From Naegleria gruberi (lineage: Eukaryota), in the NCBI GenBank assembly GCA_000004985.1, contig GG738848.1: a stretch of 64,000 nt of DNA; one strand, 5' to 3'. Numbering within the stretch: position 1 is the stretch's first letter; each line of letters begins with the position of its first letter. The notes below the pieces were generated by a model, which did no database searches, was not told the DNA's origin, and saw nothing but the letters and a program-made list of their open reading frames with translations. Of this stretch, positions 1 to 11,198 are shown piece by piece. The position numbers and the translations under genes are program-made.

Positions 1-751
1 TGAGCTAGTGGGCCATACATTTTACAACTCTGGATTAAATCGGAAACGATGTGAAAGTTTGGTGTTGCCTTTTTCTCTCCAACAATATTTTGGTACTTGT
101 ACAACAAATCTAATAATTGAATTTCTAAAAAATCAAGAGTTTCCAATTGAAATGAATCTGTAAGGTGATCAACTATTCTTGTTAATTCTGTAATCATCTC
201 AACATATACAAGAATGGAAGAAATTTCGCCAATATGATTAAATATTTCCAAAAAGTAATGACAAATCATATAAACCTCAATAGCTCTTAACTTATTCATT
301 GTTTTTCCGTTTGTGATTTTTCTTGGGTGTTTATGAAGGAATGAAGGATATTTTTGTTTGAGGAATATTTTGTCAAATTTTTCCCAATAACTTTCTGGAA
401 TTAAGGACATGAAATCTTGAAATAATCCTTCATAAAGAACATGCATAGAATCGTAACAACATATAATTGATGGATTAGGATTCCAATCTTGTTTCAAAAT
501 TGGTGAAATTCCTTTCATTCCTTCATAATCTTTCTTACTCATGTTTTCTTCCCAATATTCTAAACTTCTCAACTCATTTAAATTATATTTTTTTAGAAAT
601 TTGTCATAATTTAAAGGGTATCTTGTTTGTTTTGTTGTTTCACTAACCTTACTTGTTACCCCTTTTTGTCTACATATATGACAAAAGTACGTTCCACTTT
701 GTTTAAATAATAATACTTCAGATCTGGCGGGAAGATCACAGACAATTCTTT
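1..751 (-). CDS. Exon 2 of the same hypothetical protein (partial, runs off the window start). Not in the ORF track because it has no in-window stop.
   Basis: By hand translation of the minus strand there is an uninterrupted reading frame from 860 down to 1 (...RIVCDLPARSEVLLFKQSGTYFCHICRQKG...IICCYDSMHVLYEGLFQDF...LDLLYKYQNIVGEKKATPNFHIVSDLIQSCKMYGPLAH). The content is protein-like and not low complexity. Confidence 0.4.
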
Positions 752-851
752 CTAATCTTATTTTTACAGAATTATGTGAATTGTAATAATTTAAATCATC
801 CATCAAAATCAGGTTTTTTTGGAGCAAGAATCCAAAGAAAATTATTCGAAC

Positions 852-1812
852 GCTTTCTCCTTAAATGTGGTTTCATTTCATTGAAATTGAAAGATCCTTG
901 ATAAAAAGCATTGGTGCTATTGTTAAATGGGCAAACTGAATCAAAAAATGCAGATATTGTTTTAAGCTTTCCTTCATTAAACAGTTTTTTGTGATGTTGT
1001 TGATAAACCGATCCATGAACTCTATCTGAAACAATTCCATCCTTAATATCTTCCACTTTTTCAAAAAATTGATTATTAAAATCTTTTTCAAAGAAAATTC
1101 TTTCATCCAATTGAAATTTTAGTGGTCTCAAGAAACAATATGAGTGATTCTTCCATTCTATTTCACAATTACATTTTTTTACATTTTTGTTTCTTTCATA
1201 TTCTCCACATTTTGTACAATAATGCACCATAATTGTTTTTCTACTGATATAAAAATAATCATAAAATCCTTTCAACGTGAAATAATATGAATCTTTTTCA
1301 GAAATAGAATTAAAATCTTGAAGTGTTTCTTTAAATAATTCCAAAACAGATTCCAAACTTGATTCAGACAGTTTTGCTTTAACAGCAAACCTTAATAGTT
1401 TCCTCATTATTTTTTCCAACTTGATATCCGTTACAATTCTTTCCACGCTTTGGAATGAATGATTGCTCAATAAATCATTCTCTCCATATTTTGATGATTC
1501 ATGACTATAAAAATTTTTAAGAAACTCATATTCTTCTTGATTCTCTTGATTTTCAAATTCTCTTGATTCATCAGATTCTTCCATATCAACTTCATTGAAA
1601 CAGGAACAGCTCTGTGCTTCATAACCTCCAATTTCTTGACAAAATACCTCCACTCTATCATCATTTCTGACAGGATTATCTTTTAAAACAAAATCAGTTT
1701 CAGAATTTTTCTGAGTACTGTTTGATTGACAGAGTTTCTTACTTGCTCCTCTTAACGCATCAAACTGATACGATCTTTTCATTGTTTTTTGAATGGAGTT
1801 GGAGAAAATCAT
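852..1812 (-). CDS. Exon 1 of a hypothetical Cys/His-rich protein (ORF 796..1812). Proposed GT donor at minus-strand GTTCGA (plus 851/850) joins it to the downstream frame.
   Basis: 338-aa ORF from the track with CxxC...CxC motifs (HYCTKCGEYERNKNVKKCNCEIEW). Its last 65 nt overlap a second long ORF in another frame on the same strand. A 100-nt GT..AG intron (plus 752..851) would join the two frames in phase. Confidence 0.4.
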
Positions 1813-1934
1813 GTTTTCAACCTTGATTGAGTTTGATAGGAGGTTTACAATTTTTTGTAAACTTTTTGTAAACTTTTGTATGACATACTAGGCCAATAAA
1901 GATTGTATCCATACAAAAATTTTAAAAAACCAAA

Positions 1935-3242
1935 ATGAAAAGAAAAAGTTCTTCAAAAGTCTCATCTTCTTCAAAATCTCCTCCTTCCAAGAAATCGAAA
2001 GATAGCGAGGAAACTAAGGAATCAACAGATCAATCCTTATATAAAAAGAAAAGGTTATCCAAAAAACAAGTGAATACTATTTTAACCTATAATGAGAAAA
2101 CATTAGAACAAGATAAAGATTCACTTGTTTCCATATTTACCTTCCTCTCAAATCAATTAGAACCCAATATTTCAATTAAATTAGGGGTTAGCTCAATATA
2201 TTTGGTCATTGAAGAATTATATAATTTATCTGGAGAAGGAATTATTGGCATACAAGGAGAGAAAAGCATTGAGAAACTAGTAAAGTCAATTTCTCAATTT
2301 GAAAATTGTGAACAAGCAGTTGTGGTTGCAAGAGACAGAATTGAAAAACAGTTATTCATTGTCAACAACCATTTTCAAGAAAGTATTGGAGAGTTAGAAG
2401 AAATAGAGGAAGGTGATTGTCTCCACATATTTAAGCGAATCAAAAATGGATATGGCTTAATTGGCAAGGGAGTTTTAATAGAAAAAAATGATACCACAGC
2501 CATTCTTAATGAAGTTGAATCTTTGTTAGAATTTGCAAAAATTGATTCCAAGGACAAAGAATTTTCTCTGAGACTTGTTAGAAAGAATAAGTCTAAGAGA
2601 GAAAAGGAAGTTCACCGACCTTCATTTCTATCCAAAAAGAGTACATTAATTACAGAATCTGATAGTGAATCCGAGCTTGAGTTTGAAAGTGAATCTGAAC
2701 ATGAACCTCATCTTGAATCAGAATCTGAGCTTGTTGAATTAGAAAAAGCCAAATCAAAGGAAAAATCTCAACATGAATTGGAAAGAGGTTCAGAATTAAC
2801 CCAACTCCTCCAGATTCCAAATTTCATTGAACATTACCAACAAGTAATTCAAGAAAACTTACAACTGAAGAAAAAGGTTGGCGAATACGAAAAAGCAAAT
2901 AAGAGTTTCAATCATGCTATTAAGCTGATCGTGGAATGCGTTGATAATCATCCAAGAGTGTTTAATTTGAATGAAACCACAATTACAATTGGTCAAGAGG
3001 CGTTCACTATTAGCCATAGGGAACGTTCTGTATTGAATAAGCTAAATGAATCAAAAAAGATTCAGTATATTGCAGATAACATTTTGAAGAAACCGTTGAA
3101 AGATGTTAATGATGACGAAAAGGAATTAATTATTGGGATAGTTATGGATATCAGAGGATTGAATGTCAATACTGATAAAGAGGAAGTGAAAAAGCTTAGA
3201 AATATATTCAGAAATATCAAGTGTAATTCTAAAAAACAATAA
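1935..3242 (+). CDS. Hypothetical acidic Ser/Glu-rich protein (435 aa) with SESE repeats. No recognisable domain.
   Basis: Long ATG-initiated ORF with AT-rich codon usage like neighbouring genes. Lys/Ser-rich N-terminus and an acidic SESELEFESESEHEP tract. Confidence 0.5.
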   Translation: MKRKSSSKVSSSSKSPPSKKSKDSEETKESTDQSLYKKKRLSKKQVNTILTYNEKTLEQDKDSLVSIFTFLSNQLEPNISIKLGVSSIYLVIEELYNLSGEGIIGIQGEKSIEKLVKSISQFENCEQAVVVARDRIEKQLFIVNNHFQESIGELEEIEEGDCLHIFKRIKNGYGLIGKGVLIEKNDTTAILNEVESLLEFAKIDSKDKEFSLRLVRKNKSKREKEVHRPSFLSKKSTLITESDSESELEFESESEHEPHLESESELVELEKAKSKEKSQHELERGSELTQLLQIPNFIEHYQQVIQENLQLKKKVGEYEKANKSFNHAIKLIVECVDNHPRVFNLNETTITIGQEAFTISHRERSVLNKLNESKKIQYIADNILKKPLKDVNDDEKELIIGIVMDIRGLNVNTDKEEVKKLRNIFRNIKCNSKKQ

Positions 3243-4794
3243 CACAGCAAAACAAGCAACAACACTTTCATTGTAAATAACAAATCTATAAATAAAGCAA
3301 AAAACTTGTCAAAAAAAATATCTCTACATCACCAACCGAATTATTGTTATACATAACGTCATTATTCAGTTAGTTTTTAGTATGATTTTACTCTTGATGA
3401 TAGCACCATTATTGTTTATAATTGGAAAGTATCTGAATTATAATATATTATTTATTGAATCAATAGAATTATTGAATATTGGATTTGTAATACATTATTC
3501 AAACTATATAATTTAATCGCTATCTTTGTTATTTTGGACCAAACCAGAAAAATAGAATTTGATTAATTCAGTCCATCCCAAATCTTTGAAATTGTGTCCT
3601 TGTGCTTCGAGTTCTTTAAGATTTGATTTTAAATTAACAAGAAAGGTTCTTTTTGTAAGCATTTATTAATTTTAAATATATTCCCATCTAAATCGTAGAA
3701 TGTACTGTTTACATTCTAATAAGTAGAGGAAACAACTTAGCTTGTTCTTGAAATTGTTCTTCTCAAGTTGTTTTATGTAAGAATTTATTTATTCAAACCA
3801 TTTTAACTTTCATACTCTTCATAATTTAATTTACAATGTAACAATTTCCTATTCTAAGAATTATTAATTGAAATATTAGAACTGCAACAAATAACTTTCA
3901 TATTTGTTAAATTACAAACTGAGATTGAAAATTGGAACTTTCTGAAACAGTTGAATACAAGATTGAGTTGTTGGTTCTTTTCACATTGTTTGGTTGGAAA
4001 TTATATCAACTCAGTGGTTCCATGTATACATTATTCCAACATGAATCTGCTTCTGATTTGGATGCTTTGTTATAGTTCTTAAATTGGGTGTTGGTGTTTA
4101 TCTTGCCAGCATTTTCTACCACTAGATATTGATTCCCAACCAGCAATATTCACCATTGAGTTGAAATTATATGTAAGTTTTCGTCTAATGGAATTGGTTG
4201 ATCCAATTTAATGATTGCTAATTGTTTTAATATAGAACTCGAGATGTATCATCTACCAATGAATTTCCAGCCATCAGTTGTCCAGACCAATTGTTGAAAT
4301 AATTCCACTACTATTTGAAATGAATCTACTTCAATGATTATTATCATTCAAGTCAATAGTGATACCATTGGGAGCATTTAATTTGGAAGTATTAGCCTAA
4401 ACACTCACACCTGCTCCAATAACTAGTTGAAATGATACCACTAGTTGAAACCTTTGTGATAGAATAATTTTGGATGAAGACATCACTTCAACTATTTAAA
4501 GCAACAATTAGGAGGAAATCACCATCATCTAATTATTTAACTGATTGTGAGTTCACTATCCAATTATTCAACTGTATTGGAGTTTATTGAATTTATTTGG
4601 AGTTTAAGGTACGTTTAAAGAATTGTAATTTTTCATATTTATAACTGGTTATCAATATATCAATACTCATAGCTTATCAATTTTAAGGATTTGTGGATTG
4701 GATTAATTGAAAGTGGTGAAATCACTGAATTTTATGAGGATGATGATTATGATAAATTGATTGGACTTGTGGATATGATTGCTTGGATAAAGTG

Positions 4795-5060
4795 ATGTGA
4801 ATAATTAATATTAATTATTAACGAGTAATGATAATAATTTAATATTAATTATTAATATTAATTATTGGCGAATTAGCATTAATAATTAATATTAATTAAT
4901 GACGTTAAAATAACGCATTAAAAGTCGATTTTCTCACGAACAAGGTTTAACGTTTTTATTAACGACTTTTCATTAATTATTAATAAAATTGACTTGATTG
5001 AATGTTAATATTTGTCATTAAAAATTAATAAAAATCATTAGCAATTAATGTAAAAACAAT
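4795..5060. repeat. AT-rich low-complexity tract rich in palindromes, built from TTAATATTAATTATTAA-like units with short inverted repeats (AAAAGTCG / CGACTTTT).
   Basis: Direct reading shows repeated attaatattaattattaa motifs and local inverted repeats inside a roughly 2-kb gene-free interval (3300-5300). Confidence 0.6.
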
Positions 5061-5515
5061 TTAGCGGGATCGCTAACACCCAAATTGAGAATAGGTATTG
5101 AAAGAACAGTTGCTAGGAATGACAATGTCGTAAGTCAAAATTGTTAAGGAAGATTTCTATATTGATAAGTTATCAAAATTGTAACATGTTAATTGGATTT
5201 GGATTCAATCAATATTACAATACAAATATATTGAAACGATAAATTTGAATCTTTTATCTCCATAATTGGGATTCAAATTACTCAATCTTTGCAAAATAAA
5301 TAGAGTGCAATAAGGAATTTAGGATCGTCCTGTGGAAAACTTGTAAATTCTTCTGTAGTTTCTTCTAACAGTTCTGGTTTCAATTGAATTAATTTGTCAA
5401 CATGATCGGAGAGCTTGACATTCTCATCAAGCATTATTGACTCGTACAATACTTTCTTAACAAGAGGGTTTTCTCCACGTTGCGCAAATTGGGCAAGTAC
5501 ATTGGAAACAGTTGT

Positions 5516-7249
5516 CTAGTTGAAAATATTCTGGATGAAACGTTTCTTGCAAAATTCAATAAACTCAACTGGATCAGGCACTGAGTAAATATGGAGAAGA
5601 ATAGTAGTAGTCTCCTCTGTGAATATGTTCGGATGATTCTGACCAAGTCTCTCCAAATCAATTGGTTCATCTCCAAATAATGTTTCAAATTCTCCCTTAA
5701 TCTCATCAAAAAAGTAGTGAGAAAAACTTTTCACAAGATCTTTAAAGAATAAATTTCTATCATCCAATTCATAAATGTTGTGTTCAAAGTTATCGAGCAT
5801 GTATCTAATAATTCCAGAGGATTGTTTCGAATAGTACCATATATCACATTTCGGTAGTTGCTCAATGTGAGCTTGAGGGAATTTGTATCCCTTTCGTCTT
5901 GTATAAATGAGGAAGGTAACAATATTTGTAAAAGCATGATATGAGAGAAAGTTAACAATGGAAAATTTCTCATATGGAATAGGATAGGAATCAAGAAACT
6001 TGGATAAATACTCTTCACCTTCAGTGGTCAATTTAGAAATAAATCCCAAATAATTGGATTTTTCAATCATGGTTGAAATAATTTGTTCCTTAGTTTGAAA
6101 ATTTTCCAAAAATTTCAAATACTCAATTGAAATCTTGATGCGTGTTTCGTTATCATAATTATGCTTTTCCAAATAGAATACATCCAAAAAGAAAGTATCT
6201 GAAATGGTATCTTTTGAATCAATTTGATACTTGATGCATAATTCTAAAATCAAATCAAAACTACTCTCGTAATAATCAAAATTGCAGAAGATGGTTGAAA
6301 TCCAGCAAAGTTTGACATTCATATTAAACGAATCAAAGAGTTTTTTCAATGTAGTCTCTAGATATTCCTTTCTTATAAGATATGGAAAGGTTTCTAACGA
6401 GATTTCTATCATTACTTCCCAATATTTTGAATAGATAGTGTTTGATTTTAAAAGATTTGTGAAGATAGTATTCTGAATCTCCTCCTGTTCACTTGGTAAT
6501 TGTTTCAAATTATAAATAATCATTTGATTTTGGAGATTATTTCCCATCAATACAGAAACAAAGCTCATTACAGTTTCTTCCTTATAATTCTTCAAGAAAT
6601 AACTCATCGATGAGAAATAGGATGTCATTGTAATGGATCCTATTGAAATAATTTGTTTTTCCATCAAGTGTTTGAATCGATTTCCAATCAGTGATGAATT
6701 ATTTGAATTTCCTAAATCACTTTCACTTCTATTCAATGAAATTCTCAATGCTGTTTTATCCTTCAACACATGAAGATCGTATGAGGTAATAGTAGAATGT
6801 AAAATAGCTTTAGCCAACACGAAGGGTGGCTCATTCTTTTGTCCTGTTGTGGATTTCAATGAACGGAGAGCTTGCAAAATAGGTTGAATCTTCTTCATGT
6901 CCCTCTCGGAGGAAAGAAGTGCTTCCTTGACTTGTATTTCTGTTAAAGTTGTCTTGACATTAAATTTAACCATTTTGTTAAACTTTTCAATGATGGTGAA
7001 AACGAGATAGTGTTGAAATAGTGTCTTCCAGAAAAATTCGTACTTGTCCAGAGAATGCCAATCTTTGCAAACACAAAGAACAGCTCCCACATCACGAATT
7101 GGTAAGTATTCCGTCACACAAAAGACATTATCTAACGACAGTTGACTCATTTTTTTGTAACACTCTATTGTATCCAGTACTCCTCCTTGTTGACAGTACT
7201 TTCGAGTATGCACACTATAAGCTTTTAATGAGTTAAGCTGGTCTATCAC
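5516..7249 (-). CDS. F-box domain protein (577 aa). The ORF continues in frame for another 78 codons past its TAG stop, down to 5282.
   Basis: N-terminal F-box-like motif LSLDNVFCVTEYLPIRDVGAVLCVCKDWHSL. Immediately after the TAG at 5516-5518 the same frame stays open to a TGA at about 5282, encoding non-repetitive protein-like sequence (TTVSNVLAQFAQRGENPLVKKVLYESIMLDENVKLSDHVDKLIQLKPELLEE...). Confidence 0.6.
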   Translation of the reverse strand: MIDQLNSLKAYSVHTRKYCQQGGVLDTIECYKKMSQLSLDNVFCVTEYLPIRDVGAVLCVCKDWHSLDKYEFFWKTLFQHYLVFTIIEKFNKMVKFNVKTTLTEIQVKEALLSSERDMKKIQPILQALRSLKSTTGQKNEPPFVLAKAILHSTITSYDLHVLKDKTALRISLNRSESDLGNSNNSSLIGNRFKHLMEKQIISIGSITMTSYFSSMSYFLKNYKEETVMSFVSVLMGNNLQNQMIIYNLKQLPSEQEEIQNTIFTNLLKSNTIYSKYWEVMIEISLETFPYLIRKEYLETTLKKLFDSFNMNVKLCWISTIFCNFDYYESSFDLILELCIKYQIDSKDTISDTFFLDVFYLEKHNYDNETRIKISIEYLKFLENFQTKEQIISTMIEKSNYLGFISKLTTEGEEYLSKFLDSYPIPYEKFSIVNFLSYHAFTNIVTFLIYTRRKGYKFPQAHIEQLPKCDIWYYSKQSSGIIRYMLDNFEHNIYELDDRNLFFKDLVKSFSHYFFDEIKGEFETLFGDEPIDLERLGQNHPNIFTEETTTILLHIYSVPDPVEFIEFCKKRFIQNIFN

Positions 7250-7505
7250 TTTAATTCAATCCCTGGCTTGAACCCCGACACTACTCGCCAATACCAATGA
7301 TATTAACATAGTTAAAGTGAATAAATAAAGGTGCGTAAATTTTTTTGTTACACTCTATTAATTGTAAAGAAAGCAACAAATCTCTGTAACAAGCTTAATT
7401 TCCTAACTCATATTTGGGTCATTTCTTAACAGAATATTGATAAAACATTAATTCCTATTGGATTTATTAATACAACACATAATATTAATTTTACAATAAA
7501 AAAAA

Positions 7506-8539
7506 ATGTGTCGTTGTGCTCGTACCCACGAAGATTCAACTTCCGCTCCAGTTGTTGCAGTCGATCGAGTTGTTTTGCCAAAGACTGTCAAGCCATTGAC
7601 TTATCGTTTGACTTTAAATCCCGATCTTGAGAAGTTTACCTTCACAGTGGAGGAACAAGTTGAATTAAAGTTGTTGGTGCAACCTTCGGAAATTACTAAA
7701 ATTGTTGCCAATTGCAAGGAAGTTGTTGTTCATAAAGCTTCATTGAGTGTTGGAAATACTCTATTGCCAATTACAAAGATCAGCTATGAGGAGGAGAATG
7801 ATTTTGTTAATTTTGAATTTGATCATAAAGATCAAGAATTTGCAAACTTGGAAATTGGAGATGTGATCACATTGAATATTCAATCAACAGGTGAATTGAA
7901 TGATAAATTGGTTGGATTTTATCGTAGCAAGTATTACAAGGATGGTGTTGAAAAGTATGGAGCTGTGACACAATTCGAAGCTGTCGATGCTAGAAGATGT
8001 TTTGTTTGTTGGGATGAACCTGCTTTAAAGGCAGTTTTTGAAGTTACTTTAATTGCTCCAAAAACTCATGTTGCCTTGTCCAATATGAATTGCATTGAAG
8101 AGAAGGAATATGACAATGATAAGAAGATTTGTAAATATGCTCCAACGCCAATCATGTCAACGTATTTGGTTGCCTTTGTAGTTTATGAATATGATTATGT
8201 AGAAGCTATTGCTACTGAAACTAAAAACAAGGTTCCAGTTAGAGTTTACACTCCATTGGGAAAGAAGGAACAGGGTGAATTTGCATTGGAAGTTGCTTGT
8301 AAATGCTTGGCTCTTTATGAAAAGTATTTTGATATTCCATATCCATTTGCAAAGATGGACATGGCTGGATGTCAACTCTCTGCTGGAGCTATGGAAAACA
8401 GTGGTTTGGTTTTGTACAGAGAAACAGCTCTCTATGTCGATCCAAAGAATACCAGTTCAAGTGCCAAGCAATATGTTGCTATTGTAGTAGCTCACGAATT
8501 GTCTCACCAATGGTTTGGAAATTTAGTTACTATGGAATG
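7506..8539 (+). CDS. M1-family aminopeptidase (puromycin-sensitive aminopeptidase / aminopeptidase N-like), exon 1. It ends inside the HEXXH...WFGNLVTMEW motif.
   Basis: GAMEN motif (AGAMENSGLVLYRE) and HELSHQWFGNLVTMEW zinc-binding motif. The exon ends at tg|GTAGGT, a phase-2 donor. Confidence 0.85.
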
Positions 8540-8621
8540 GTAGGTTTTATGCTAGTTGAAAGGTTTCTAATAGTTTTATGATGTTTCTAATAATTTTGAT
8601 GTGTTAATTTCGAAATATTAG

Positions 8622-10266
8622 GTGGCACAGCCTTTTTTTAAACGAGAGCTATGCTACGTTCATGGAATATTATGCTGTTGATCAATTGTATCCTGAATGG
8701 AATGTTTTTGAACAATTTGTTCATGATGATTTTTTCAAAGCTATGGCATTGGATGCTTTGGCTTCAAGCCATCCAGTCCATGTTCCAGTTAGAGTTGCAG
8801 CTGAAATTGATGAAATTTTCGATGCTATCAGTTATTCTAAAGGATGTTGTTGTGTAAGAATGTTAATTAATTGGTTGTCAAATGAAAGATTCAGAGAAGG
8901 TATGATTCATTACTTGAAGAAGTTCAGTTACCAAAATGCTGATACAGAGGATTTATGGGAAGCTCTCTATGAAAGAACGTCACAAAATGTAACTGAAATG
9001 ATGTACTCTTGGATTTACAAGATTGGTTTCCCAGTTGTTAGTATAACAGAGGAAATTCAACAAGATCATAAGGTACTCACTCTCAGACAAAACAGATTCT
9101 TGGAAAAGTGTGGTATCTTTGAATCAGATGACACTGTTTGGGTTATTCCTGTATCCTATTTGGTTTGTGGTGCAGATGACTCTATTACAGAATTCAGTTT
9201 GGAATTAAAGGAGAGAGAAACCAAGGTTTCCATTCCAACCTCCTCCAAGTGGATCAAATTCAACAAGAATCAAACAGCGTTCTTTAGATTGAATTATCAA
9301 AGTGATTCCTACTATTCCAGCTTAGTTGAACCTATCAAGAGTAAGATTTTATCTCCAATCGACAGAATGTCCATCATTGAAGATGCTTGCACTCTTTCCA
9401 AGGCTGGTCTAGTTCCAACTGAAAGAGTATTCGTTCTCTTCTCTGCCTATGCAAATGAAGATAATTTTACAGTAATTTCCAGTCTTGCTACCTGCTTTGG
9501 TACCTTGTATAATATTTACAAGCACGAGGAGCAAATTATTGAAAAATTCAAAAAGCTTGCTGTTTCAATCTTCTCTGGTATTGCTGCCAAGTTGGGTTGG
9601 ATACCAAAACCAAACGAAAGTCACTTGGATAGCATGGCTAGACCAATTGTTTTGGGTGCACTTGTAAAGTATGGCGATAAGGCCGCCATTGAAAAGGCAA
9701 CTCAATTATTTGATGATTTCAGAAAGGACAATAATCTTGTCATTCCTGATTTGAGACCTGTTATATATAGTGCTGTTATTAGATATGGAAATGAGGAAAG
9801 ATTCAATCAATGTTTGGAAATTTTCCAAAAGACTGAACTCTTCGAGGAAAAGAATAGAATTTTGAGAGCTCTTGGTCTCGCTCAAGATGAAAAATTAATT
9901 TCCAAGAGTCTTACCATGGCAATTGATGACTCTGTCAGATCACAAGATGTCATGTACGTGCTCGCTGGTGTTTCCTCCAATCCAAAGGCAACAACAATGG
10001 CATGGAAATTTTTATTCGAAAACTTTGCAATTATCAAGCAAAAGTTTGAAGGTTGTTTCCTTCCTGGAAGAATTGTCAAATTGTTGACTGAAAGTGTTAC
10101 CAATGCAGATGATGTTCAAACCATTAGAGAAACTTTGGACAAGGTTAAATTCAAATCCATTGAGAGATCAGTTGACCAATGCGTGGAATCTATTGAAATC
10201 AATAGCAAGTGGCTCCAACGTTCTAAGAATTCTGTCTTGGAATGGTTGTCAAACAATGTAGAATAA
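8622..10266 (+). CDS. M1-family aminopeptidase, exon 2, joined through an 82-nt GT..AG intron (8540..8621).
   Basis: Splicing restores MEW-W-HSLFLNESYATFMEYYAVDQL, matching the conserved M1 segment MEWWNDLWLNEGFA..F.EY. The rest is a typical M1 C-terminal ERAP1_C-like region with stop TAA at 10264-10266. Confidence 0.85.
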
Positions 10267-10530
10267 ACAATTTAATACAATAGATATTTCGCAATTGAAA
10301 AATTACAAATCTCCTCCATAGCTCTATTGATGTTACCTCAGTGAATGTCCTTATTATGAACCCCTGTTAAGATGTAATAATTCAACCCAGCCATGCCTTA
10401 GTACTCTCATTTAATTGATTCAATCTTCCTCCTGAACTGCTCAAGCATTTTCATTACCGCGGAGAATCAACGGAGTTCAAAAACCTTCTTTCCATCTCCA
10501 TGAAAAATTTATTTTTGAATTTAAAAAAAA

Positions 10531-11121
10531 ATGCAACAAACAAAAATCTTGAGCATTGCAGCCTTTTTGCTCGTCGTTCTTGCTGCTCTCTCTGTCGATG
10601 CCGGCATTTTGACTAGAACCAAATACAAGGGTTCTTTGAATCATAAATTATTACAACGTGATGCTAACCTTTTCAAGCGAACATTTGATGTCGATCAATG
10701 GATGACACAAAGATTGGACCATTTTGACCCACAAAATACCGAGACTTTCCAACAACGATTCTGGGTTAATGATACCATGTGGCAAGGAAAGAATGTTTTT
10801 ATTATTATTGGTGGTGAGGGACCAGCCAGTTCAAAGTATTTGACTGGACATTTTGTTATTAATGAATATGGAAAGAAGCACGGAGCTTTGCTTGCTGCTT
10901 TGGAACATCGTTTCTATGGTGAATCTGTTCCACGTAAATCACTTGCTACTGACAATTTGAGATATCTCACTTCCGAACAAGCATTGCAAGATTTGGTTGA
11001 ATTCCGTAGTTTGTTGGTCAAGAAATATAGAATGGATGAAGCTAATGTCAAATTTGTCTGCTTTGGAGGTAGTTATTCTGGTAATTTGTCTGCCTGGTTG
11101 AAGGCCAAGTATCCACATTTG
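10531..11121 (+). CDS. S28 family serine carboxypeptidase (lysosomal Pro-X carboxypeptidase / DPP2-like), exon 1, with a signal peptide.
   Basis: Signal peptide MQQTKILSIAAFLLVVLAALSVDA. S28 motifs FQQRFWVND, GGEGP, and GGSYSG (catalytic Ser in GxSxG). Donor GTAAGT at 11122. Confidence 0.8.
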
Positions 11122-11198
11122 GTAAGTTTAGATTAATGTGTTGCATTTATTCATATTTTTAAATATTTATGTGAAATCTAATTAATGAAAACGAACAG

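Noticed and set aside
7506-7520. The odd MCRCARTHEDS start of the aminopeptidase, suggesting a missing upstream exon.
   Set aside because: I cannot identify an upstream exon by eye. The ATG at 7506 is kept as the start, with a note that the true 5' end may differ.
8157-8581. Short ORFs on both strands inside aminopeptidase exon 1 and its intron (8157..8375, 8209..8487, 8369..8581). The same pattern occurs inside the ABC transporter (51607..55425) and other large genes.
   Set aside because: They are nested out-of-frame ORFs within strongly supported coding regions, and none is protein-like.
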